64,000 nucleotides of DNA, taken from positions 6,262,001 through 6,326,000 of the forward strand of contig JAQFVV010000006.1 in the NCBI GenBank assembly GCA_028023455.1, read 5' to 3'. Positions 50,506 to 60,739 of this stretch are shown piece by piece (within the stretch, counting starts at the first letter, position 1; each line of letters opens with the position of its first letter). Origin of the DNA: Epiperipatus broadwayi (lineage: Eukaryota; Animalia; Onychophora). The notes beneath the pieces were generated by a model. It was not told where the DNA came from and searched no databases. It saw nothing but the letters and a program-made list of their open reading frames with translations. A program made the position numbers and the translations under genes.

Positions 50506-53139
50506 TATATTCTTTTTCTATTGTAAATGAAAAATTCTGCTATAACTCATGTAATTCAATTTGTAAATGGCATTCTATTAGCATATATTCATAGATAATT
50601 AACAATTTCATTATTAAGTACTGATATTCTTTGTAAAAATTATATATTATTTTTTTAATCTAGATATATATATATAATGTCGGTAATGGTATAACTATTA
50701 TCACCATTTACTTGTATTATTAAAAGTTTTTAGAAGAATTAAAATTATGGGCTGATCATATACTTAATAAGAATTCATGTTTAGATTTGAAATATTTCTA
50801 ATTATAAGATCTAAATATTAACTCGCTGTGAGTCAAAAGATTTCACAAATGTTGATTTCTAAATGAGGTAATGGACTTAATTAGTGAAGAACTTACTAGC
50901 TTCACACTCTCAAATCAAAATGCTTTAGATTTGCCTATATAATTAGAAAGTATGTTGAAGATAAGATGGCCACTCATCTTTATAAAGTCGTAATCTTGTG
51001 GTAAGATTTGTAGAGGTCCCTCCCATGATAAAATTGAGCACTCGAGATGCATAGTAGTAAGGTCAATGCCTTATATATATTTTTGAGCAATATTGCTTTT
51101 TTCTCTACTTCAGATGTTTCTGACTTGATCAATGATATCACAAGCAGGAAAATCAAATTTGTGAACTTTGAATATGTGCGTTAGATAAGTGAGTAATGAA
51201 ATAATATCAATTTTTTAACCAACTTGGCTATTCTGTCATGGGTAACAGTCAGTAGATATTATATACACCTATCTGTGAACATCTTGATTTCACTATTTTT
51301 TCCTGTTAAGTTCAAGGTCAATGAGTGATTTTGAACCATTATAAATTATCACCCTATGCTGACTTATGAGTTTACTAGCCATTGTCATCTGAGTAGAATC
51401 TTTAAATTTTCTTCTCCTCTCTGCCCAATATTCTTGCCTTTTCCAATATGATATATGTTAATTGGAACATACATTTCTACATGTATATGAAAACATAAAA
51501 TGAGGATAATAGCTTATAAACTAGAACAACTATTTCTATTGATGGCACAGTGGAATTCTTAATAGCTTGCATAATGGTAACATTCTTTCAGTACAACACA
51601 GAATTCATCCAGTAAAGTTATGGGATAGCTGTGAGCTGAACACCATAACCCCTGAATCAGTCAGCAACATTTACATCCAAAAACATAAAAGCACAGTCAC
51701 AAATACTACTTTTAAAGTTGGCTTCACTATACAAACAATTAAATCATTTATCATACGGCCATAAACCTTATTCCAGATGTTTTGGACACACATTATAACC
51801 ATATTTCCATTACTTGAATCAACAGCTCATTTAAAATAAGAACACAAAATTGGCATTCTTAGATATTTCTAAGACTCCCTTGTGGCAAAATAAAAACTAT
51901 ATAGTCCTCAGAATGCCCTCATGCACATGAAAATACTTAGCATATACATCCAATCATTATAGAAACATGAAAAATGGAGTTGTACTACTATTTTGGATGA
52001 GAACAAGAAAAAAATTTTCCAAAACCAGTGACTAAATAAAAGAAAAGTTCAACAGATAACAAACATTTATTCATCAGTTATTATAAACAAAATATTAAAT
52101 AGATAATGATATGAAATAGCAAAAGAAAGCTCAATTAGGGATATGGGTAATATATCCACACATATCAAGGATATAAGTCAAACTAAAAAAAATCTATAAT
52201 CAGTATATTAGTCAAATGACTTTCCAAAGCTATATGTCATAATGAATCCCAAACTCTACTAAACCTAATCCTAAAATGAAGAAAAATGAAAAATGAAGAA
52301 AAATGAAACATGCCTCTGTAAAAGAGCTTGTTTTTAATGGGAAAGATGTATACAATGGACCGGCTCTATCAAAAATAATTTATAAAGCATAAAATAATAA
52401 TTAAGAAATAAAGTATGGAAGTTCTAAAGTAAAGGACTATTTATTTTTGTATTTTTTGTTGAATTATGAGAAATATTTTAACTTTGAGATTGTGTTTGTA
52501 GTAGGAATATATGATTAAGTAAAACATATATGAAAAGTTATTGTCTTTTTAACACAGTACCTTAATTTCTAATATTTATGGCTGAATTAATCATCATTAT
52601 CTATTATATCGTTCTCTCTGTGCTTTCTTTCACATTACCAGGTTAACACAGTGACCAATCATCAAGAGTTTTTCGTATCATCTCTTTCTAAATGGGAACA
52701 TTTGTGCAATAATATTTATGTCCTTTAATTAAAAACATAACGTTTCTGATTATGATTGTTTTATTTCTATATTTATTTTCTAGTGTTTTATTCATTACCT
52801 TTTTATATCTATTTTTTCTTTTCTTCTACTAGTATAATTGCCATTCTTATTAAGTACGATTGCTAATTATGATAAAAGGTCATAAATGAATAAGGACTGG
52901 TTATTTGGGAATAAATACACTGATTGTAACTCCCCTCCCAAAATATTATTGTAATAAAAGATAATCCTCACCATCAGTAAGCCGATGCCAAGCCCTTATG
53001 AGTACTGAGATTAAGGTTTGCCTTTAACTTTAAATTCTGTAAACTACACGAATGCACTAATCAAAAATTAATACTTAAAAAAAAAATAATATATGACTTT
53101 TTTTCTACAATACAGGCTTTTTCATACCTGCACTCCAAT

Positions 53140-53350
53140 ATGTAATATATAGGAGATTTGAATTCAGACTTTCACCGATCCTCAATTATCCATGCTATCT
53201 CACACTGCTAATACTCTTGATCACACACAAGTCGAAAAGATAAACAATCACCAATATATCCATTTCGTGCTAAACCAGTACTCGTCAGTTGGTCCAGATT
53301 ATCATCTCCACACATATATACAATCAATGCTCAGCCTATATTAAGATAGC
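53140..53350 (-). mobile_element. Family A fragment with ancestral-like hammerhead at 53245-53301
   Basis: TAATC-TGG-ACCAA-CTGACGA-GTACTG-GTT-TAGCAC-GAAA-TGGATA-TA^-TTGGT-GATTG; G10.1-C11.1 pair and both CpGs kept. Confidence 0.85.
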
Positions 53351-53909
53351 CAATAAAAATAATGTACACATAATTTAATAGTGATATAATAACAGAAGAT
53401 AACTTTTCTTCTCACTAATTACAATGCAAATCACACACATATTTAAAGATAGGTAGAAAATGGATAAGGTATTTTAAAAATCAAACATTTCTGTAACTTC
53501 TACTTTTTTTAAAGTTGATTTTTGCAGCAAATTGACCTACAATATTCTGAAGTTAAACGACTAATTTAACAAAGCTCTTAATAAATGATGAAGCACATTA
53601 ATTTGAAATCATGAATAAACTGTTCGTGTCAGTCAAGATGAATTAAGTAAACAACTTTCTCAAGAGCTCTCAGATTAAGTGGTTATCTTTGCGTCTATAT
53701 AAAGATGCGTGCACACACACACACACTTCCTTTATAAATTATTCTGATAATTGCATTATGTCTTTTAACGGCTATATAAACTTTTGCCTTTATAGCACTC
53801 GCATCATATCAATATTAAACATTATTTTTTGATATAATTTTAAATATTTCAACTATTTTGTTTTTGCATTAGATGAGATTTAATTGATTTTCAGAGATAT
53901 ATCAATATT

Positions 53910-54686
53910 CAAAATAAGAGTCATAGATCACATGACCCTATATCTTAAGCTTGTAAGTTATAAACAATGAGGATTGCCAATTCCTCTACAAGCTTTATGA
54001 TAAATGCTTAGCCAGAGCCAGCACTTAAAATATCTGTCAGGAACCCCTCCCCAAACCCCTGACAATGGTTTCGTGCTTTGGCACTCCTCAGAGAGGTGTC
54101 AGGGTAGGTTCAGACACTAGATCTAAAAATACCAATCCAAAGCCAAGCACTTAACTAAAAGTTATTTATTGAGTGGAAAATCTGAAATTTTCGGACATCT
54201 ACATGTCTTCGAACCCAGCTATCCAACTCAAATACCTATATGGGGCTGATAGATCTTCAGCCATACCATATATTAGTAGTCTTAGCAATATAAAATTATA
54301 TAAGCCTTATGGCAGAGACTATAAATAGTCAAAATAAGAGTCATAGATCACATGACCATATCTCTTATACTTGTAAGTTATAAACAATGAGGATTGCCAA
54401 TTCCTCTACAAGCTTTATGATGTTTAGCCAGAGCCAGCACTTAAAATATCTCTGTCAGGGACCCTCCCCAAACCCCTGACCATGGTTTTGTGCTTTGGCA
54501 CTCCTCAGAGAGGGGTGCTAGGGTAGGTTCAGACACCAGATCTAAAAATACCAACCCAAAGTCAGCATTTAACTAAACGTTATCTATTGAGTGGAAAATC
54601 TTAAATTTTCAGACATCTACATGTCTTCAAACCCGCTATCCAACATTTATTATAAAGCTTGTAGAGGAATTGGCAATCCTCATTGT
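53910..54686. mobile_element. Family C2 insertion: head-to-tail dimer (420-bp unit, -) plus 38-bp inverted arm, 13-bp TSD; hammerheads at 54055-54097 and 54472-54514 (-)
   Basis: TSD atatatcaatatt at 53897-53909 and 54687-54699; ACCTCT-CTGAGGA-GTGC-CAAA-GCAC-GAAA-CCATTG-TC^-AGGGGT is fully canonical; the second copy has G12>A. Confidence 0.93.
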
Positions 54687-55197
54687 ATATATCAATATTG
54701 TTGTTGTTTTGTTGTTTTTTTTTTGAGATGAGAAAAATTAAAAATATTTTCACTGAGACTTAAAATTATCCTATATCTTAGTACTATTAGATTTTGTGTA
54801 AAAGATTGGTTTGTATAATCGTCGCAAAATTCATCTCTAGTGGATAATTATTTTACCCCCCCCCCTTGGAATTGGACTGATCACATTCGTTTGCGAATTG
54901 CTGATGATGATTTAAAAAAAGAGAAAGAAATGAAAACTGAAAGAGAATAATATTTTTGTTTTTACATTGTGTTTTTAAATATATTTTTAATTTTGATGAA
55001 ATTTTTAAAAATGTAATAAATTTTCGATTTTTATTATGTTAAATATTTATCTAAGACTGCTTAATCCTAATGGTAATTCACCAATTTTGAAATAAAATAT
55101 ATTAATGTTATTAATAAAAATTTATTAGACTGGAGATTATTATATTAATGCCTAGATACAGAATTTAAATTCAATAAATTTGCAAATATAAAATATT

Positions 55198-55297
55198 GTC
55201 AAGCATTGGTGGTCGAGAGGTCAGCGATGGCTGCTTTACGAGCAGTTGTCCCAGATTAGCGGGTTCCCTTCCCGGCTGATACTATGACATATGAGAA
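55198..55297 (+). mobile_element. ~100 bp tRNA-like SINE
   Basis: Same family; atataaaatatt duplicated on both sides. Confidence 0.8.
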
Positions 55298-55984
55298 AAT
55301 ATATATAAAATATTGTAATTTACAAAAAAAAAACACACGAATCCTTCAGCTAAATGATTTTCTTGCTGTTGAAATTCTCTTCTATGGCTTTATAAACATT
55401 TATTTATTTAATACTGTATTAAATGATTAAACTTTTAAAAACAATACGAAACCATCTTTAGAAACGAACGGGGGAAAACACATTAAATTTATTAATGAAA
55501 CAGAATTTTATTAAACAATTTGATAAAGAGTTTACTTCTAATATTACTCTCAGTGAAACAAAATTAACTTTGTTAGCAAAAATCAAAATATTAACATTTA
55601 AGAAGAGGAAAAAAACGAAAATTTAATTTCATAATCTTTCGATGTTTATTTAATTCTATGAAAAATAACACAGAATGAAATCTTTTTCTCTCTCTTTTAT
55701 GATTGATAAAATGCCGTTTTGTAAATATTCTTTAGCTTTCTAATTTAAATGGCTTGTAAATAATCCACGAACTCATTAATAAAATAATTATGTATATATA
55801 ATTCACAAGAATAAAACCATCATACAAACTTCCATATTATATTTTTCCATTTACAAAGAATCATAAACTATTATAAAACAAACCACTATATAATATTCTC
55901 TTTTTATTATTAATATAAAAATTATTCATAAACAACAATATTTAATGTTTCAGTCAAGCTTTGTTAGCCATCCTCAAAATTAGA

Positions 55985-56100
55985 AACTTATAGAGATCTC
56001 TGATGAAGATTGCAGGACAGTTGAAACTGTAAGCAAAATAAAGAAATTTATATAAAAAAGATTGCATTAAAGTGTATAAGAGACGATTAAAAAAATTTAA
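55985..56100 (+). mobile_element. Family E fragment with hammerhead at ~55997-56034
   Basis: TCT-CTGATGA-A-GATTG-CAGGA-CAGTT-GAAA-CTG-TA^-AG. Confidence 0.7.
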
Positions 56101-56459
56101 TATATATGAACTCATTAAAACTAAGTTTCTGATTTTTATTGGTAAATTTAAACAGGAGTATAGTTTTATATGAAGGCATAAATTAATCAAATAATAGTTA
56201 ATTCTGAAGATAGCTATTGAGATTTGATCAAAACTTTAATCGTTATTTTTTTGTAAATAAAGTTCTTCCATTAATAATAATAATAAAAATACTGTGAATT
56301 GTTTTCTATGATAGTTTACAATTATACATATATATTAAATATTGCCTAATCCTATACTAGTCATAATAAATAAAATATAAATTTGTATAACATTACAATA
56401 CTAGCCAAAAAAACTACACGTTACTAAAATTCTTTCATAACCATGGTTATATCTATTAA

Positions 56460-56509
56460 AACAGTTATGAGCAAGCATAAGAAATGGTGATCATGTGATG
56501 TTTATTAGC
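56460..56509 (+). mobile_element. 50-bp family B mini-insertion nested in a family I element, 13-bp TSD
   Basis: TSD ttatatctattaa at 56447-56459 and 56510-56522. Confidence 0.8.
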
Positions 56510-57039
56510 TTATATCTATTAACAAATAGATCTTTCCAATTAAAATTCAACTAAACATACCACCTATATATACCAAACAAAATAGCCTTCCCATAATTCA
56601 CTTCCAAAACCAACTTCCTTTAATATCAAAGGCTGACTTCATTAGATTGATGGCCTCAGCTGTAGTAAAATTTATCATCAGAATCTTTTTTTACTCTTAT
56701 TTTGAATTTACTTCTTTCATAAAAGGTAACAGCTGCATTGCCAAATAATATTTTTTGATCTGTATTCAGTTCATGAATATACAAAACTCAGTTATAATAT
56801 CTACTTTTATTCTACCCTTATGAACTTTAACAGTTTCATTAAAACTTAATTTACTTTGCCCTATATAAATTTTATAACTACTTGCAGGTTATAAAATATT
56901 ATTTGACAAGGCAGAGGTCATCTTTTATATAAAAGAAATGAATCAAAATGAAGAGTAAGAGAAACTGATGATAACCTACTGGAATCTGGAAGATATACAA
57001 TTTTCTTCTTTTTCCTCCTTTCCTTATGTATTGATTTCT

Positions 57040-57310
57040 ATATTTACATATCATACCATTTCCAAACTTCTTATACACTTAACAATACAATTTTTACACC
57101 AAAACTTTACTCTTACAGTTTCAACTGTCCTCCAATCATCATTTAAAATACTATTTTTCCACCAAACCTTTACCCTTACAGTTTCGACTGTCCAACCATC
57201 ATAAATCTCTGATGATGACTGCAGGACAATCAAAACTGTGAGAGTAAAGTTTTGGTGTAAAAAATAATATTGTTAAGGGTATAAGAAGAGTGGAAGTGGT
57301 ATGAATCTGA
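57040..57310. mobile_element. Family E twin-arm element with decayed hammerheads (57206-57243 +; two partial copies on -)
   Basis: TCT-CTGATGA-T-GACTG-CAGGA-CAATC-AAAA-CTG-TG-AGA; antisense ctttactcttacagtttcaactgtcc occurs twice. Confidence 0.75.
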
Positions 57311-57505
57311 AGACATCACTCTCATGAAAATGATGTTTTTGAATTGAATGATGGAAACATTTTATTTTGTATATATCTTGTTGAAATTCACTTGAAAAGG
57401 ACTATTTATTAATAGGTGAATTCATGGTCATGGAAGGATTTTAATTTTAAAAAAATTGTTTTTGCATAGTATTGCAATGTTGTATGATTTTCTATTATAT
57501 ATATT

Positions 57506-57818
57506 AATTATAAATATGCGACTTTTTTCGCATGCGTTAGTGAAGCTATAATTATACTTAAAATAATGTTTAATAGGTCTGCTTAGCGCTTTCGATTTAA
57601 TGTTCGAATCTCATACTCATAGCTTTGTGATTGAAGTTTGTTGTGATTTATTGTACACATATGCAAATAAGTTTGAATATTTAATTAGTCCGTTATTTAG
57701 AGAGAGCAAAGCATGCCTCTCTTCTATTATTTTAAGTATAATTATAGCTTCACTAACGCATGCGAAAAAAGTCGCATATTTATAATTACAATTTTTATTA
57801 GTGAAGAGAAAAACAATT
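57506..57818. mobile_element. Family D2 young twin-arm insertion (63-bp perfect inverted arms), 13-bp TSD, A3/U8 hammerhead variant at 57581-57623 (-)
   Basis: Arms 57505-57567 and 57726-57788; TSD tattatatatatt at 57493-57505 and 57819-57831; GCT-ATGAGTA-T-GAGATTCGAACATTAAATC-GAAA-GCGC-TA^-AGC. Confidence 0.8.
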
Positions 57819-58689
57819 TATTATATATATTGTAATGGTGGTTCCCTCCTACCGACTCTATATTTGGTTGATCCTATGCTATCTGAACGAAACCTATCAT
57901 TTATAAAATAATGAGATGGCCTTACTGTAGCTATTGATCTGGAGAAAAGTTCTTTTAAAACTCATCTCCCATAAGAAAAAAATATACATACAATGATATA
58001 GGGATATACATACTCTGCATTAATCTTTCCAAATCTCTCATCAATATTCATCGATCAACATATTTATGGACCTCAGTATAATGTGATTCCAAGCACTAAT
58101 CCTATGGTTTACATAAGTGACAGATTAATAAGATTGATGATAGTGTACTAATGGGAAGCCTGACCCTACCTAGTTCACTCAGGGCACGTAGCATTTAAAC
58201 TGACAGAGACATGTTAATACAGAGTATATCGCACTAAACTATTTGAAAAAGCATACATATATTTTGAATAAATGATAACTATATTTATATTATAATATAT
58301 ATATATATGATTGTTAAATATTTTGTTTGGAATATTGTCTTATATGTAGCAGAATTATGGCCTATTAAAAAAATGGCATAAAAAAAACACAAAGCTTGGA
58401 TGAAAAAGGAAAAAAATTTAAGTTGTAATGAAAAATGACAGAAATGCAGGTCTTAAAAAAAAATATCACTTTTTGGAAAAAGTATAAAGAGAATGTGAAA
58501 TTAGTTTGCAAATAGTTAAAAGCAGAACTTTTAAAGATGAGTTGGAAGGAAAAAGTGTAGAAGAACAAAGAAGTTGAATAATGATCTTAAAAAAGAGGAA
58601 TTATGAAGTTTGAAAAATAAAGCAGGAGACAAAAAAGCTTGAAGAATATAGTCTGGCATAATATGTGGAGACCCCAAATTTAACAGCTA

Positions 58690-60030
58690 ATTGATTATGA
58701 TGTCACAATTTAATTTACTGCCTGAAGACAGGTAGAGTACTAATGCACCACTCTGCTGTGGCTAGTAAGAATGATAGTGTGTCATGATAACTTCTCTGTT
58801 TGAAGGTAGATAGAATAATTAGGCAACATATTGTTATTATTGATGAAGATTATGTGAGTTAACTTTATCAACTGAAGGCAGCCAAAATAATTAAGCAATA
58901 AAGTATAGAAGATATCAGTAAATAAGCAATCCAGTTATACAATTGATAGTGATTATGATCTCTATGTTAATTCCATTGTTAAAGGCAGATAGACTGACTA
59001 GGCAACAATACTACCATTGATAGTGATGATGTTACTTGTGTTAACTTCTCTAACTGAATGCAAGTAAAGTAATCAAGTAATACAATACTATAATTGATTA
59101 AGATAGTACATGCCAATTTTTCTGAAGGTGGCTAGAGTAACTGGATATGCAGTATCATAATTAATGATGATAATAGTATGAGTGTTAAGTTCTGAGAAGG
59201 TAAGCAGATTATTTAGACATCATAGTACTATGATAATATTAATGGTGCATATGTTGACTTCTCTGTCTGATGGCAAGAATAGACTACACAGTACTATTTA
59301 TTCACAATGAATATGGTATAGTGTTAACTTCTCTACCTGAAGACAGGTAGAGCAAGGAGACAATCTATGACTATGATTGATGATGATGGTGATGTGATAA
59401 TTTCTGTATCTGAAGGCAAGTAATAAACTAGGCTACATAGTACTACTACTCATGATAAATATGGTTTACATGTCAACTCCATTTGAAGGCAGGTGGAGTA
59501 AATAAACAACCCAGTACTATGATCGATGATGATGATTATCATGTGCTAGTTCCTCTCTCTGAAGGCTATTAAAAAACTGAGCTACATACTATTACTCATG
59601 GTGATGATAGATCATGTATTAACTTCATTATTAGGGGGCAGATGGAGTAACTAGACAAACAAGCACTAGGATTGATGATCATATGTTAACTTCATTGTCT
59701 AAAGGTAGGTAGACTAATTAGGTAGTGCTGTGGATGTTGGTAATATGCAACATGATGACTAATGATGATGATGTATTGCATTGACTTCTCTGCCTTCAGG
59801 CAGGTATTAGAAAAACCAGTAAGGTAACAATACAGTAATATATGGTGATGATATCTAAAGAAATTACACTAATGAATGTAAAGGGAAGGTCTACACAAAA
59901 ATAATACTATGACTTAGGATGATAAAAGTATGTATGTATGTTGATTTTCTCTTTGAAAGCAGTAAAAATGATTGAGCAACACGAAGATGATAGTAAGGTA
60001 TAATGAGTTAACTTCTTGGCCTGAAAGCAA
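58690..60030. repeat. Degenerate ~72-bp minisatellite, roughly 17-18 units
   Basis: gttaacttctctgtctgaaggcaggtagagtaactagg...tgatgatgat recurs every ~70-76 bp. Confidence 0.8.
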
Positions 60031-60739
60031 GTATATTATATCATCAGTGGTCGGGAAGCATTAAATGCTATCATTCTCGTAACAAAATGTATTGTATCAT
60101 TCTCAATTTTAGAGATGCACCTTAAATCTCAATGAGCCCCTTATTATTAAATAATTAATAATCAGATTTCATAATTAAAACTTATATAATCATAGATTAG
60201 ATATAATGAATAAATATTTTTTAAAAAAAATCTATTTCTTCTTAATTAATTGATGTAAATAATTACAAGAACGTCTTTATTTTCTAATGTACCTTCAAAT
60301 GTCAGAGCTATTAGTACTTAATTTGTAATGTCGTTTTTTGTTGTTGTTGTTTTTTTTTTTATCAATCTTTTTCTTTTTAAAAAAATCTCATAATATATTC
60401 AAGAATATTATACTCATAAACATATACATATATAAAACACTAGAGTTTATTAATCATAAAACTAGTACAGGACCAGCCACAATTAAAAAATATAATTCAT
60501 TATATCAGTTAGTATATGGCACAGACTTTGAAATTATTTTATAAAACAAAACAGGTTAACTTATTTTAATGAAATCAGAAATATCTACGTCATCTCATAA
60601 AGCTAATTTTGCAATGATATCGAATAAATTTATAGATACCGTATTTAAATAAGTGTTTCGAATGTAAAACTGATTTCAATAATTTTAAGGATCTTGTAGA
60701 TAATAGTGCATAATTAAAAAGCAGTAATATACCAGTAAA

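Noticed and set aside
49425-51188. Three segments with plausible AG/GT splice signals (~49425-49503, ~50945-51000, 51114-51175)
   Set aside because: Phases join to TGA stops and I recognise no protein; cannot support a gene without RNA data
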